Part shown: positions 48,354 through 59,677 of the stretch, in pieces
Layout of the letters: each line of letters starts with the position of its first letter
Numbering within the stretch: the first letter of the stretch is position 1
DNA from: Alphaproteobacteria bacterium
GTDB taxonomy: Bacteria > Pseudomonadota > Alphaproteobacteria > JABAAW01
Direction: 5' to 3'
DNA: 62,790 nucleotides
Assembly (NCBI GenBank): GCA_014237925.1
Contig: JABACB010000002.1
Location: 62,028-124,817 of the forward strand
Notes under the pieces: generated by a model
The model's database searches: none
Told to the model about the DNA's origin: nothing
Seen by the model: only the letters and a program-made list of their open reading frames with translations
Program-made: the position numbers and the translations under genes

Positions 48354-48473
48354 TTCTAGTGATGTTTTGTTTATGGAAATTACATACGAAAATCCGCAAA
48401 AAAGCAGAAAGAGTCTATGCGTTGTGTGCTTGGTGAACTTTGAGACTGTTTTTGACGGAAAATTATCAGTCGC

Positions 48474-48923
48474 TCATTTCAGGTTGCATTCGTAGAAGAA
48501 GGCATCATCAAGTGATTTGTTTTTTAACTTCATCTTTTTTATTGCGTCTGATGCCATTTTCCAGCAAATTTCCGAGTTTGGATAGACATTAATCTCCTCC
48601 TCTAGCAACACTTTTTCAGCATCTGATTTTGTCGGATCTTCCCAATAAAACTTGGAAAGCACGTGTGGCCTATTAGATTCTCTGATATACCCTTCTTCTA
48701 CTTTATCCTTGCTCATTTGTCCCAATTGGCATTTTACGAGCAGAAACAAAACGATTGCGAAGGGAATCCCGCCAACGACAAAGGTTAAGATGAATTTTGA
48801 CCTGTTTGAAAGAGGCGGTTGGTCTTTGGTAACATCTTTTAGATAATCGGCAATAGATTCTCCGTCTCTTCTTTCCCTAATTTCAGGTTTGGCTTTTTGC
48901 TCGTCTTGATCTTGGTTGCTCAT
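48474..48923 (-). CDS. Low-GC orphan single-pass membrane protein (149 aa)
   Basis: MSNQDQDEQK..FILTFVVGGIPFAIVLFLLVKC..FFYECNLK. Hand counts give 32-37% GC in sampled lines. Confidence 0.8.
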   Translation of the reverse strand: MSNQDQDEQKAKPEIRERRDGESIADYLKDVTKDQPPLSNRSKFILTFVVGGIPFAIVLFLLVKCQLGQMSKDKVEEGYIRESNRPHVLSKFYWEDPTKSDAEKVLLEEEINVYPNSEICWKMASDAIKKMKLKNKSLDDAFFYECNLK

Positions 48924-49011
48924 TATCAAGTCCTTTTTGTTTGGGTTTGATGTTGGGATTGGGGCTGACACTCCAAAGGAGTTGCGAATTCTCGCATGAA
49001 ATTCTCTTTTA

Positions 49012-49120
49012 TAACGATGGAAACGCAAGATAGCAAGTCTCGTGCGTGTTTGTTGCGCGAGCGCGTGCTATCCAAAAAGCACGAGCGCGAGCGCAACATA
49101 TACGCCGTGTGGCAATTGAC
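49012..49120. repeat. Direct repeat copy 2 (~109 bp)
   Basis: See copy 1. Contains GATAGCA/TGCTATC and CTCGTGC/GCACGAG inverted pairs. Confidence 0.93.
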
Positions 49121-49129
49121 ACTGTTGTA

Positions 49130-49436
49130 GCGCGTTTCTGCGAAACGCGCCTGGAGCAGGAAGAGGCTGCGCGCTTGCGCGCAGTTTTTTGCGGGAAAAC
49201 TTCGTCCCCCCTCAGCCCCTCCGCGTGCGCTAGCGCACAGTTTTTTTGCGGGGGAACTTCGTCCCCCCACACCCCCCCGCGTGCGCTAGCGCACGCGACG
49301 CGCGACCGCCTTTTTGTCGCCCAAAGTCCCGTTCCTTGTCTTCTTCCTTGTCCTCCCCCCCGCGCGCGCTGACGCACGCGACGCGCGACCCGCCTTTTTG
49401 TCGCCCAAAGTCCCGTTCCTTGTCTTCTTCCTTGTC
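49130..49436. repeat. Hairpin array: 9-bp stem, 56-bp unit x2, ~83-bp unit x2, 20-bp perfect palindrome
   Basis: GCGCGTTTC-TGC-GAAACGCGC (49130-49150); GGGGGA-ACTTCG-TCCCCC; CGCGTGCGCTAGCGCACGCG (49278-49297). Confidence 0.92.
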
Positions 49437-49448
49437 TTAGGCAAAACT

Positions 49449-50108
49449 TCAAAGGATCGTCTGCTTCGTCTTTTCCCAATCGTCCAAAAACGCCCGCAAG
49501 CCCCTGTCCGTCAAAGGATGCTTATAAAGCGCACGAAAAACCTTCGGCGGCAAGGTCGCCACATGCGCGCCCAAACGCGCCGCCGCCGTGACATGTCCCG
49601 TATGACGCACCGAAGCAACTAACACCTCCGTAGCAAAGTCGTGGGCGCGATAAATATCCAATATCTCCTCAATAAGCTGCAAGCCGTCGTGACCGATGTC
49701 GTCAAGCCTGCCGACAAAAGGCGAGATGAAACTTGCCCCCGCCTTCGCCGCGAGCAAAGCTTGCGCGGACGAGAAGCACAGCGTGACATTGACCGCCGTC
49801 CCCTCACGACTGAGAGCATGACAGCAACGCAAGCCTTCTTCGGTCAGAGGAACCTTGACCGCAACATTCTTCGCAATCGCCGCCAGTGCCTTGCCCTCCT
49901 CCAGCATGCCATCGAAGGAAGTGGCGGTCACCTCGGCGCTCACAGGACCCTCGACGACAGCACACAGCTCCTTGATGCGCTCATGAATCGACGCACCCGA
50001 TTGCGCGATCAACGACGGATTCGTCGTCACCCCATCGATAAGCCCAAGCCCGCTCTTGACGAGCGCAGACACCTCGCTAACATCGGCAGAGTCGATGAAC
50101 AACTTCAT
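49449..50108 (-). CDS. fsa: Transaldolase / fructose-6-phosphate aldolase (TalC/Fsa type)
   Basis: [42 protein letters not shown]. Confidence 0.96.
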   Translation of the reverse strand: MKLFIDSADVSEVSALVKSGLGLIDGVTTNPSLIAQSGASIHERIKELCAVVEGPVSAEVTATSFDGMLEEGKALAAIAKNVAVKVPLTEEGLRCCHALSREGTAVNVTLCFSSAQALLAAKAGASFISPFVGRLDDIGHDGLQLIEEILDIYRAHDFATEVLVASVRHTGHVTAAARLGAHVATLPPKVFRALYKHPLTDRGLRAFLDDWEKTKQTIL

Positions 50109-50198
50109 CCCACGCTTGTGCGACACAGACCGACGAAAGTCAAGCAGATGAAGGTCAAGCAGATGAAGATCGAGCAGATGAAGATCGAGCAGGAGGAG

Positions 50199-52568
50199 AT
50201 GAAACACGCTGAGACGAGAGCCGAGATGACAACGCCTTGTTCGCCGCCTTGTTCGCCGACCGCAGAGCTGCTCGTCCTTTCGCCACGCCTCGACCAGCTC
50301 TTCTCCTACGCCTGCCCGCAAGAGATAGTTTGCTCTCGCGTTCTCGAAGAAGGCGCTCTGTTTCGCGTTCCGTTCGGCAGCAAAGAGGTTCTCGCCGTCG
50401 TGTGGCGCGTGGTCGAAAGCTCCCTGCCGCCCGCGCGTCGCCTGAAATCGCTGACGGCAGCGATGCGCCAAGAGCTGCCGCCCTTACAAGCAGACCTCCG
50501 CGCCTTCATCGATCGATTCGCCGCCTACACCATGACCCCGCGCGGACGCGTGTTGAAAAGCGTCTTCGCATCGGCGCTCAACGCAGGGCAACCGCCGCGC
50601 AAGAAAGAGAGACGCGCTTTTCGTATCACCGCGAAAGGCGTAGAAGAACATCTGCAAACAAAAACGACAAGCAAAACAACACAAAAAACCCGCCTGCTCG
50701 CCATGCTGGCGCAGAATTCGATGCGCCCGCATCAAGATTTTTTGCCAAAAGACTTGTCGCACGAAGCTTTGTCGCACGAAGCTTCGTCGCGCGAAGATTT
50801 GCTGAGCGAAGGCATCTCGGCTGCCGTCTTGCGTCGCTGTCGCGCGTTGGAGCTGGTCGAAGAAATTTCGCTTATATCCCCCCCCGTACCACCTCCTACG
50901 CGATCGGCTTCTCTCGCAACGCCCTCGCCCTCGCCGTTTTGCGTCTTGCCGCGCGAATCTCCGCTCGAAAAAGAACAGCAGGAGGCAGCCTATGAGCTCT
51001 GCTCGCTTTGCCAAGAAGGCAAGTTTACAACAGTCCTGCTCGACGGCGAAACAGGCTCCGGCAAAACAGAGGTGTACTTCGAAGCGGTCGCAACCTGTCT
51101 GCAAGCAGGCAAACAAGTGCTGCTTATGCTGCCGGAGATTGCTCTCTCGGTGCGTTTCGCCGAACGTTTTCACAAACGATTCGGAACGGAAGCGCTGCTC
51201 TGCCACTCCGCCCTGTCCGCCCGCGCGCGGCGCGCGGCGTGGAACGAGATCGCCTGCGGCAAGGCACGCGCCGTCTTGGGAGCGCGTAGCGCACTCTTCC
51301 TCCCATTTTGCAACTTGGGACTCGTCGTCGTCGACGAAGAACACGACCACGCCTACAAACAAGAAGAAGGCATCGTCTATCACGCGCGCGATATGGCGGT
51401 GTTGCGCGCGCAAAAAGCGGGCTGCCTCGTCGTGCTCGTGAGCGCGACCCCGTCGCTCGAAAGCTGGCACAACGCCGAGTGCGGCAAGTATCGTCGTCTG
51501 GTGTTGCCGCATCGCTTCGGCAGAGCGACTCTGCCCAAGGTCACCCTCGTAGACTTGCGCAAAGAAGCCAGCGCCGCGAAGACAGGCGAACCCCTCCTGA
51601 CACCGTCCCTCTGCACCCGCATCGAACAGACGCTCTCGCGCAAGGAGCAAGTGCTGATCTTTCTCAACCGCCGAGGCTATGCACCGCTGCTGTTATGCAA
51701 TCGCTGTGGCGCGCGCCTCTCCTGCCGCTTCTGCAACGCCCTCTTGGTCGAACATCGCGCGTTTGTGCGCGTTGTCTGCCACCACTGCGACTTTTCGATG
51801 CCGACACCGCAAATCTGCCCCTCCTGCAATGCGGAGGGGTCTCTGAAGGCGTTCGGCGTGGGTGTCGAGCGGCTTGCGGAGGCGTTGCAAAAACTTTTTC
51901 CGAAAGCTCGCCTGCAACTCCTCAGCTCGGATACGAAGGATCCGCAAGCGGTCGTGCGTGCTTTCGAAGAAGGTCGCTGCAACCTTGTGGTGGGAACGCA
52001 AATGCTGGCGAAAGGCTACCACTTCCCTCATCTGACTTTGGTCGGCATCGTCAATGCCGACTTGGGACTTTCGGGCGGCGACCCGCGCGCCTTCGAACGT
52101 TGCTACCAGCTGCTACACCAAGTTGCCGGACGAGCGGGGCGGGGCGCGAAGAAGGGCGAGGTTGTCGTTCAAACGACGGAGCCGCACTCGACGGCGTTGC
52201 GCGCCTTGCAGACCTTCGACCGCGACAGCTTTTTGAAAAGCGAGGTGCTTGCGCGCTCCGACACAAGGCACAACAGCTTTTGGCCGCCCTTTGCCCGTCT
52301 CGCCGCCGTCGTTGTGAGTTCGAAGGAGAAACGTCGTCTCGATATTTTTGCGCAGCGCTTGTACGAGGCTTTCCCCGTATCGTCTAGGGTCGAATGTTTC
52401 GGTCCTGCCGCACCCCCTCTGTCGCCGCTGCGCGGACGTCATCGTCTTCGTTTCTTGTTGCGCACGCGCACCCAACCCCTGCAACCCCTGCTCGCGCGTT
52501 GGCTTGCGTGCAAGATACCCGAAGACGTGCGCCTCAAGATCGATATCGATCCCTACAGCTTTCTTTGA
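50199..52568 (+). CDS. priA: Primosomal protein N'
   Basis: [30 protein letters not shown], Zn-binding Cys clusters, QVAGRAGR; SD AGGAGGAG. Confidence 0.96.
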   Translation: MKHAETRAEMTTPCSPPCSPTAELLVLSPRLDQLFSYACPQEIVCSRVLEEGALFRVPFGSKEVLAVVWRVVESSLPPARRLKSLTAAMRQELPPLQADLRAFIDRFAAYTMTPRGRVLKSVFASALNAGQPPRKKERRAFRITAKGVEEHLQTKTTSKTTQKTRLLAMLAQNSMRPHQDFLPKDLSHEALSHEASSREDLLSEGISAAVLRRCRALELVEEISLISPPVPPPTRSASLATPSPSPFCVLPRESPLEKEQQEAAYELCSLCQEGKFTTVLLDGETGSGKTEVYFEAVATCLQAGKQVLLMLPEIALSVRFAERFHKRFGTEALLCHSALSARARRAAWNEIACGKARAVLGARSALFLPFCNLGLVVVDEEHDHAYKQEEGIVYHARDMAVLRAQKAGCLVVLVSATPSLESWHNAECGKYRRLVLPHRFGRATLPKVTLVDLRKEASAAKTGEPLLTPSLCTRIEQTLSRKEQVLIFLNRRGYAPLLLCNRCGARLSCRFCNALLVEHRAFVRVVCHHCDFSMPTPQICPSCNAEGSLKAFGVGVERLAEALQKLFPKARLQLLSSDTKDPQAVVRAFEEGRCNLVVGTQMLAKGYHFPHLTLVGIVNADLGLSGGDPRAFERCYQLLHQVAGRAGRGAKKGEVVVQTTEPHSTALRALQTFDRDSFLKSEVLARSDTRHNSFWPPFARLAAVVVSSKEKRRLDIFAQRLYEAFPVSSRVECFGPAAPPLSPLRGRHRLRFLLRTRTQPLQPLLARWLACKIPEDVRLKIDIDPYSFL

Positions 52569-52586
52569 CGCGAGGAGTCCCGCGAG

Positions 52587-52660
52587 TGGGCGATGACAGG
52601 TTCGAACTGCCGACCTTCTCGATGTAAGCGAGACGCTCTGACCGACTGAGCTAATCGCCC
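52587..52660 (-). tRNA. tRNA-Val(TAC), CCA not encoded
   Basis: GGGCGATTAGCTCAGTCGGTCAGAGCGTCTCGCTTACATCGAGAAGGTCGGCAGTTCGAACCTGTCATCGCCCA. Confidence 0.95.
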
Positions 52661-52709
52661 AACATCTCTGTCCGTAGCTCTGTCTGCCTTCGCCTCCGTT
52701 GAAGAGCCG

Positions 52710-52985
52710 TCATTGGTTGACGGCGTCCTTCAAGCCTTTGCCCGCTTTGAACTTGGGCTGCTTGCTGGCTGCGATCTTGATGCTCTCCCCTGTGCGAGGG
52801 TTGCGTCCTGTGCGCGCCGCGCGTTTCAAGACAGAAAACGAGCCGAAGCCCGCAATCTTCACTTCGTTGCCACTCGTGAGCGATTTTGTGATCGCCTCGA
52901 AAACAGATTCGACCGCCATGGTAGCTTCTGTCTTCTTGAGGTTCGTCGCAGAGACGACATTTTCAATAAGTTCGTTCTTGTTCAC
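52710..52985 (-). CDS. hup: DNA-binding protein HU (GTG 52985 or ATG 52994)
   Basis: NKNELI, GFGSF, RTGRNPRTGE, FKAGKGLKDAVN. Confidence 0.97.
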   Translation of the reverse strand: MNKNELIENVVSATNLKKTEATMAVESVFEAITKSLTSGNEVKIAGFGSFSVLKRAARTGRNPRTGESIKIAASKQPKFKAGKGLKDAVNQ

Positions 52986-53181
52986 TGGCCTCATCCTTTT
53001 GTTTGTGTTGCAGAAACTTTCGCTTTGCCGAGACCGTCGCTCGCCCTTCGACGAGCCTCACCCGCGCACCATTGCCGCGCACCGATCAACATCTCTTCCG
53101 ATGTCCGTTCCCCCAGTGTCAGCGAAAGCAATGTTTTCTTCTAGCGAAAAAAGACGCGGTTGGCAAGAGAGAAATCGCCCC

Positions 53182-55791
53182 TCAGTGAGGAATGCGTTCT
53201 TCCAACGGTTGTTTCTTCTTGGGTCTCGAAGCAGGCTCGTCCGCAGGTTCGTCCAAGGGTTGTAGTGCACCCTTCTTTTCGGAAGGAATGGCTTCCAAGG
53301 CGCTCTCCAAGCGCGGCCGCGGCGGCGGCAGAGGCGTCAGCTTGCGCGTCAGCGCCAAATCCAACACTTGGTCGACCGATTCGACAGGGACGATCGTCAA
53401 GCCCTCCTTCACATTTTCGGGAATCTCCTCCAAGTCCTTCTTGTTCTCCTCAGGAATAATCACCGTCTTGATGTTGCCGCGAAGGGCGGCCAGCATCTTC
53501 TCTTTCAGCCCCCCGATCGGCAAAACTCTGCCGCGCAAGGTGATCTCGCCCGTCATCGCAACCGTGCGATCGACCGGAATGCCCGTCAGCACCGAGACCA
53601 ACGCCGTCGCAATCGCTATGCCCGCCGAAGGACCATCCTTCGGCGTCGCCCCTTCGGGGACATGCACATGCAGATCGATCTTTTCGAAAACATCGGGCGT
53701 AATTCCGAAATGCCACGACCTGCTCTTGATAAAGTTTTCGGCGGCGTGAATCGATTCCTGCATCGTGTCGCCCAGCTTGCCAGTACGCCGAATGCGCCCC
53801 TTGCCGGGCACGGTCACGGTTTCGATGGTCAACAGCTCGCCGCCGACCTCCGTCCACGCCAGCCCTGTTGCGATTCCCGTCAAATCTTGGCTTTCCACCT
53901 CGCCGAAGCGATACTTCCGCACCCCGAGAAAATCGGGCAAGTTTTGCGCCTCGATCGTGATCGGAGGCTCCTCCTTCAGAAGAATCTTGCGGATAGACTT
54001 GCGCAGCATGCGCGCGATCGATCGCTCCAAGTTGCGCGCACCCGCCTCGCGCGTGTAGTAGCGAATCGTGTCGCGTAGCGCGTCATCCTTCAGGTCGATC
54101 TCCCCTTCCCTGACACCACACTGCTCAAAATTCTTCGGCAACAGATGACGTTTCGCTATCTGAATCTTCTCGTCTTCCGTGTAGCCCGGCAACCGCACGA
54201 TATCCATGCGATCGATCAACGCTTGCGGCATGTTCAAAGAGTTCGCCGTCGTGATGAACATGCATTCGGAGAGATCGTAATCCACCTCGAGGTAGTGGTC
54301 GTTGAACCCGTTGTTTTGTTCAGGATCGAGCACTTCGAGCAGCGCGGAAGTAGGGTCGCCGCGCCAGTCGTTGCCGATCTTGTCGATTTCGTCGAGCAAG
54401 AAGAAGGGGTCGCTGACCTTGGCTTTCTTCATGCCTTGCAGGATCTTGCCCGGCATAGCGCCGACATAGGTACGGCGATGTCCCCTAATCTCAGCCTCGT
54501 CGCGGATGCCGCCCAGCGAGATGCGAACGAAGACGCGTCCGATCGCGCGCGCGATCGATTTGCCTAACGAGGTTTTGCCGACCCCCGGAGGTCCCACCAA
54601 GCACAGAATCGGTCCCTTGAAAATTTTCACCCTGCTCTGCACCGCAAGATAGTCGAGAATGCGCTCCTTCACCTCTTCCAAGCCGTAGTGGTCTTCGTTG
54701 AGAATCGTCTTGCAAGTTTCCATGTCCGTGTTGATCTTAGAGCGTTTCTTCCACGGCAGGGATACCAGCCAGTCGAGATAGTTCCGCACCACCGTCGCCT
54801 CTGCGGACAAGGGGCTCATCTGCCGCAGTTTTTTCACCTCCGAGGTCGCCTTCTCTTTCGCTTCCTTGCTCATGCGCAAAGAGCGGATCTTCTCCTCCAT
54901 CTCCGAAAGCTCGTCGCCGCCCTTCTCCCCTTCCCCCAGCTCTTTTTGAATCGCCTTGATCTGCTCGTTCAAATAGTACTCGCGCTGACTCTTCTCGACC
55001 TGCTTCTTCACGCGAGAACGAATCTTCCGCTCCACGCGCAGCATGCCGATTTCGTCCTCGATGATCTTCAAGATCAGCTCGAAACGTTTCGGCAGCGATG
55101 CCAAAGACAAAAGATTTTGCTTCTTCTCCAGCCGCACCGCGAGATGCTGCGACATCAAATCGCACACCTCCGCCGCATCGTCCATCTTCGATAGCGTCTG
55201 CATCAGGTCTTCGGGAATACGACGATTGGTCTGACAATACTTTTCGAATTGTCCCAAGGTCGCGCGACACAAGTTCGCCAAGTCCTTGTCGTCGCGGTTC
55301 GTGTCCTCCATCGCCTCGTAGGCGACGGAGAGAAATGTCTCCTCGTTGCGTTCGACATGCAAGCGCACGCGCCTTCTGCCTTCGACAAGAATCTTCACCG
55401 TGCCGTCGGGCAAATGCAGCATCTGCAATACGACGCTCTCGACACCGATGTTGTAGAGGTCTTTGGCTTGCGGACGGTCTTGCGACGCGTCCTTTTGGGT
55501 TACCAACAGAATGGTGCCATGCTGCTTGCGCGCTTGCTCTAGCGCGCGCACCGAGCGTTCGCGTCCCACCGACAAGGGTACGACCATGCGAGGGAAAACG
55601 ACGATGTCGCGGAGCGGTAGCGCGGCGCAACGGGGCAACGCCGACCTTGCCTTTCCTCCTAGCTTTCCTGTAGCCGACCCCGCTGACGATCCTGCAACCG
55701 ATCCCACCCCGTCGCCGTCTTCGTCCTCGATCTTCGCCGCTTGCTCGTCTGTCGCAGGGGGCTTGTCGCTGTTTTTTGTGCGTTTGAACAT
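53182..55791 (-). CDS. lon: Lon protease
   Basis: [34 protein letters not shown]. Confidence 0.98.
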   Translation of the reverse strand: MFKRTKNSDKPPATDEQAAKIEDEDGDGVGSVAGSSAGSATGKLGGKARSALPRCAALPLRDIVVFPRMVVPLSVGRERSVRALEQARKQHGTILLVTQKDASQDRPQAKDLYNIGVESVVLQMLHLPDGTVKILVEGRRRVRLHVERNEETFLSVAYEAMEDTNRDDKDLANLCRATLGQFEKYCQTNRRIPEDLMQTLSKMDDAAEVCDLMSQHLAVRLEKKQNLLSLASLPKRFELILKIIEDEIGMLRVERKIRSRVKKQVEKSQREYYLNEQIKAIQKELGEGEKGGDELSEMEEKIRSLRMSKEAKEKATSEVKKLRQMSPLSAEATVVRNYLDWLVSLPWKKRSKINTDMETCKTILNEDHYGLEEVKERILDYLAVQSRVKIFKGPILCLVGPPGVGKTSLGKSIARAIGRVFVRISLGGIRDEAEIRGHRRTYVGAMPGKILQGMKKAKVSDPFFLLDEIDKIGNDWRGDPTSALLEVLDPEQNNGFNDHYLEVDYDLSECMFITTANSLNMPQALIDRMDIVRLPGYTEDEKIQIAKRHLLPKNFEQCGVREGEIDLKDDALRDTIRYYTREAGARNLERSIARMLRKSIRKILLKEEPPITIEAQNLPDFLGVRKYRFGEVESQDLTGIATGLAWTEVGGELLTIETVTVPGKGRIRRTGKLGDTMQESIHAAENFIKSRSWHFGITPDVFEKIDLHVHVPEGATPKDGPSAGIAIATALVSVLTGIPVDRTVAMTGEITLRGRVLPIGGLKEKMLAALRGNIKTVIIPEENKKDLEEIPENVKEGLTIVPVESVDQVLDLALTRKLTPLPPPRPRLESALEAIPSEKKGALQPLDEPADEPASRPKKKQPLEERIPH

Positions 55792-55895
55792 GAGTGAACG
55801 ATAGCCTCTTTTCGGTCGTTTGTCTCTTTGCTTCTTTCTTCGCTTCTTTCTTCGCTTCTTTCTTCGTTCGTTTCGGTTTTTCTCTGGCAACGATG

Positions 55896-57182
55896 CTAAG
55901 CGCGCGCCGCCGAGGATTTGTTTTCGCGCCGCGTTTTGGAAAGAATCTTCAACGGCGCGCTCTTGCCTTCGACGGTCGCACGTTTGACGACGACCTCCTC
56001 GATGTCTTTGTGATCTGGCACCTCGTACATCGAATCGAGCAACACCTCTTCCAAGATGGCACGCAAGCCGCGTGCGCCCGTCTTGCGTTTGCTGGCTTTC
56101 TCGGCGATCGCCTCCAAGGCGCTTGCGGCGAAGGTCAGGCGCACCTCTTCCATCGAGAACAGACGTTGATACTGCTTGATTAAGGCGTTCTTCGGCTCGA
56201 TCAGAATGCGTACCAGATCCTCCTTCGTCAGCGTCTCCAACACGGCGACGATGGGCAGTCGCCCGACAAACTCAGGGATCAGTCCGTACTTGATGAGGTC
56301 TTCGGGTTCCAAATCGTTGAAGATCTTCGCGTTCGTGTGCGCCTCAGGGTGTTGCAGCTCCGATTCGAAGCCGATCGTCGTTCCTTTGCCGCGCGCCGCG
56401 ATGATCGATTCCAGCCCTGCAAACGCGCCGCCGCAGATGAACAAAATGTTCGTCGTATCGACTTGCAAAAACTCCTGCTGCGGATGCTTCCGCCCCCCCT
56501 GCGGCGGCACGCTCGCCACCGTGCCTTCCATGATCTTCAGCAACGCCTGCTGAACCCCTTCTCCTGAGACATCGCGCGTGATCGAAGGGTTCTCCGACTT
56601 GCGACTAATCTTGTCGACCTCGTCGATATACACGATCCCGCGCTGCGCCCGCTCGACATCGTAATCTGCCGTCTGCAAAAGTTTCAGAATGATGTTCTCC
56701 ACATCCTCGCCGACATAACCCGCCTCTGTGAGCGTCGTTGCGTCCGCCATCGTAAAGGGAACATCCAAAATTCTCGCCAAGGTTTGCGCAAACAGAGTCT
56801 TGCCGCTGCCGGTAGGTCCCACCAGCAAAATGTTCGATTTCGCCAGCTCCACCTCGTCAGGGTTCGCTCGCTCCTCTTCGATGCGCTTGTAGTGGTTGTG
56901 AACCGACACCGAAAGCACTCGCTTGGCGTGTCCCTGTCCGATGATGTACTGCGCCAAGTACTTGTCGATCTTCGCTGGCGAAGGCACGCGACTCTCGGTG
57001 CGCAAGGCAGCGTTTTTGTGGTCTTCCTGAATGATCTCGGTGCACAGATCGACGCACTCGTCGCAAATGAACACTTCGGGACCTGCGATCAGCTTTTTGA
57101 TCTCGTTCTGACTCTTGCCGCAAAAAGAGCAACACAGCGTCTTCTTCTCCGAACCCGATTGCAAATCGCGACGACGAGCCAT
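55896..57182 (-). CDS. clpX: ClpX ATPase
   Basis: CSFCGK zinc finger, [21 protein letters not shown]. Confidence 0.98.
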   Translation of the reverse strand: MARRRDLQSGSEKKTLCCSFCGKSQNEIKKLIAGPEVFICDECVDLCTEIIQEDHKNAALRTESRVPSPAKIDKYLAQYIIGQGHAKRVLSVSVHNHYKRIEEERANPDEVELAKSNILLVGPTGSGKTLFAQTLARILDVPFTMADATTLTEAGYVGEDVENIILKLLQTADYDVERAQRGIVYIDEVDKISRKSENPSITRDVSGEGVQQALLKIMEGTVASVPPQGGRKHPQQEFLQVDTTNILFICGGAFAGLESIIAARGKGTTIGFESELQHPEAHTNAKIFNDLEPEDLIKYGLIPEFVGRLPIVAVLETLTKEDLVRILIEPKNALIKQYQRLFSMEEVRLTFAASALEAIAEKASKRKTGARGLRAILEEVLLDSMYEVPDHKDIEEVVVKRATVEGKSAPLKILSKTRRENKSSAARA

Positions 57183-57207
57183 GATCCCGTGCTCCTTCCT
57201 TCGAAAA

Positions 57208-57855
57208 CTAGCTTTTCGTGCTGCCGAGAGGCTTGCGTTTCACAAGCACTTCGTCGATCAGCCCGAACTTCTTCGCTTCCTCGCCGTTCATGAAGTTGTC
57301 GCGGTCCATCGCCTTCTCGATGGTGGCGATCTTTTGTCCCGTGTGCTTCGCGTAGATGTCGTTGATCCGCTCGCGCAGGCGCAGCATCTCTTTCGCCTGA
57401 ATGTGAATGTCGGCGACCGTGCCGCGCGTGCCGCCTGAGGGCTGATGCACCATCAGACGACTGGAGGGCAAGGCGAAGCGTTTCCCCTTCTTGCCCGCAG
57501 CCAGCAGCAGCGATCCCATCGAGGCAGCCTGTCCCAAACACAAGGTTGTAATATCAGGACGGATGTAGTTCATCGTGTCGTAGATCGAAAGTCCCGCCGT
57601 CACCTCGCCGCCAGGAGAATTGATATAGAAGGCGATGTCGCGTTTCGGATTCTCCGCCTCCAAGAACAGCAGCTGCGCGCACACCAAACTCGCAACTTCG
57701 TCGTGAACAGGTCCCGTCAAAAAGACGATCCGCTCCTTCAAAAGACGCGAATAGATGTCGAACGCACGCTCGCCGCGCGCCGTCTGCTCCACCACCATCG
57801 GCACCAGCGTACCGTACGCATCGGCGGAGCTCGCAGCAGATTTGTCGATCAGCAT
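57208..57855 (-). CDS. clpP: ClpP protease
   Basis: [33 protein letters not shown]. Confidence 0.98.
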   Translation of the reverse strand: MLIDKSAASSADAYGTLVPMVVEQTARGERAFDIYSRLLKERIVFLTGPVHDEVASLVCAQLLFLEAENPKRDIAFYINSPGGEVTAGLSIYDTMNYIRPDITTLCLGQAASMGSLLLAAGKKGKRFALPSSRLMVHQPSGGTRGTVADIHIQAKEMLRLRERINDIYAKHTGQKIATIEKAMDRDNFMNGEEAKKFGLIDEVLVKRKPLGSTKS

Positions 57856-57946
57856 GGCAAGGTCAAGACGAGCGCACTCTAAAGAACAAAAGGCGAGGAG
57901 AACAAAAGGCGAGGAACAAAAAGCGAGAGCCAAAGAAAAGACGAGA

Positions 57947-59404
57947 CTATCGTCTCTTTTTCTTCTTGCCACCCCTTGCTTCGGCGATGTCTGTCGAGGC
58001 AGAGCCCTCGAGCGCGTCTGGCGAAGATCCGTCGAAGGCAGAGGACTCGACATGCAGTTGCGTTTCTTTGTTCAACTCGCGCGCGCGCGACAGCATGTCC
58101 TCCAGAGAGACGCTTTCGTTGGTGGTCGAAACTTTGCTCAAAATGTGGTCGACGACATTCTCCTCGATCACTTGCGGGCGAACCTCTGCAAGAACGCTTT
58201 GCGGGTTCTTCGCAATGCGCTCCAACAGTTGTTTCTGCTGAGCGTTAGGCTTCGCTCCGATGCGCGCCTTGATCGAACGCAACAAGCTCTCGTCGTCGAC
58301 GGTGATGTTGTTTTGTCGTGCGATCTCGGAGAGGATCAGCCCCGTCTTCAAGCGGCGCTCGGCGATCGTGCGATACTGCTCGCGCAGTTGTTTTTGTGTC
58401 TCGGCGAACTTTTCTTCCGAGACCTCGCGCTGTTTCATCTCTTGCTCGACTCGCCGCCAAATGTCGGCGAACTCCGTCTCGATCAGACGTTGCGGCAGAG
58501 GAAACGAGTACTGCTCGTCGAACCAGTCGAACACCTGCCGCTTGATCATCTGCCGCGCGGCGGGCTGGCAGCCGTTTTCGATTTGTCGAACGACCGCCTT
58601 CCTCAGTTCTCCCAAGTCCTTGTGCTTCATGCGCAGGGCGAGCGCTTCGTCGATCTCGAAATCTTTCGCGTTGCGCGCAAGCACCTTCCTCACCTCCACT
58701 TCGAAGGCGACCGTCTTGCCCGCGACATTTCGCGCCGTGTGCGTATCGGGAAACGAGATCGTGAAGCTCTTCTTTTCCCCCGCCGCAAGACCGGTCAGGT
58801 TGCGTTCGAAGTCGTTGTGGATGATGCCGTCGCCAAGTCCCAGCCGATAGCCCTGAGTCTTCAGCGATGCCTGCTTCTCGTCGCCGACGCTGCCTTGATA
58901 GTCGATGACGACAACATCGCCGTCTTGGCTCTTGCGTTGCACCTCTTCGACGGGTGCCGTGCGGCGCGCCAAGGCTTTCAGGTTCTCTTCTACCGTCTTG
59001 TCCGGCACTTGCACTTGCGGACGGGTGATCGTCATCGCCGAGAAGTCTTTCACCTCGACCTCAGGCGCGGTATCGATATCCACATCGAAAGCGACTTCGT
59101 TCGCATCGTCCTTCGTGAACTGCACGCGCGGCGCGCCCACAGGACGCAGCTCCTTGTTTTCGTTCAAGATCCGCTGCACCGCTTGCTGAGCAAAGGCTGT
59201 CAAGACCTGCTGCTTGATCCGCCCGCCGTGTTTCTCACGAATGACGGAAACAGGAACATTGCCGTCGCGAAAGCCGTCCATCTTCATCTTCGGAGCGATC
59301 TGCTGGAGCTTGGACTCCACAGCCTTCTCGAAGTCTGCTTTCGGCAACGCGACCTGATACTTGTGTGCGAACTCTTCTTTCAAGTCCGTTTTTACGATAT
59401 TCAT
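57947..59404 (-). CDS. tig: Trigger factor
   Basis: GFRDGNVP signature, FKBP-like domain ([20 protein letters not shown]); upstream of clpP. Confidence 0.95.
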   Translation of the reverse strand: MNIVKTDLKEEFAHKYQVALPKADFEKAVESKLQQIAPKMKMDGFRDGNVPVSVIREKHGGRIKQQVLTAFAQQAVQRILNENKELRPVGAPRVQFTKDDANEVAFDVDIDTAPEVEVKDFSAMTITRPQVQVPDKTVEENLKALARRTAPVEEVQRKSQDGDVVVIDYQGSVGDEKQASLKTQGYRLGLGDGIIHNDFERNLTGLAAGEKKSFTISFPDTHTARNVAGKTVAFEVEVRKVLARNAKDFEIDEALALRMKHKDLGELRKAVVRQIENGCQPAARQMIKRQVFDWFDEQYSFPLPQRLIETEFADIWRRVEQEMKQREVSEEKFAETQKQLREQYRTIAERRLKTGLILSEIARQNNITVDDESLLRSIKARIGAKPNAQQKQLLERIAKNPQSVLAEVRPQVIEENVVDHILSKVSTTNESVSLEDMLSRARELNKETQLHVESSAFDGSSPDALEGSASTDIAEARGGKKKKRR

Positions 59405-59522
59405 AAGTCCAATCTCCTTGTTGCTTCGCCTTGTCGTTTCTTGGTCGTTTCTTGGTCGCTTCTTGCAAAGCGTCCAAATCGAGGGTTCCGTTCTTGTCCT
59501 CAAGGTGCAGTGCACGAGCGGA

Positions 59523-59604
59523 TGCGGGCGGAGGGACTCGAACCCCCACGAGTTGCCTCACCGGCACCTAAAGCCGACGCGTCTGCCTGTTTCGCCACGC
59601 CCGC
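59523..59604 (-). tRNA. tRNA-Leu(TAG), CCA not encoded
   Basis: GCGGGCGTGGCGAAACAGGCAGACGCGTCGGCTTTAGGTGCCGGTGAGGCAACTCGTGGGGGTTCGAGTCCCTCCGCCCGCA; long variable arm. Confidence 0.93.
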
Positions 59605-59677
59605 ATTCAGCCGTCCCTTCCTACTATAGTGGGTCTTGCATCGCGTAATTTCAAGTACAACAGCTCTTGCAAAAAGG

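Noticed and set aside
48249-49120. Diversity-generating retroelement (TR/VR pair)
   Set aside because: The repeats are non-coding, the differences are not adenine-specific, and there is no reverse transcriptase.
47183-49130. Classical integron (IntI + attC)
   Set aside because: The recombinase is a canonical XerC with no IntI-specific insertion. The repeats have TAAC at one end but no good GTTRRRY/L-box pairing, and the enclosed gene points toward the recombinase.
49182-49300. Rho-independent terminators for fsa
   Set aside because: The U-tract is on the wrong side of the stems for either strand.
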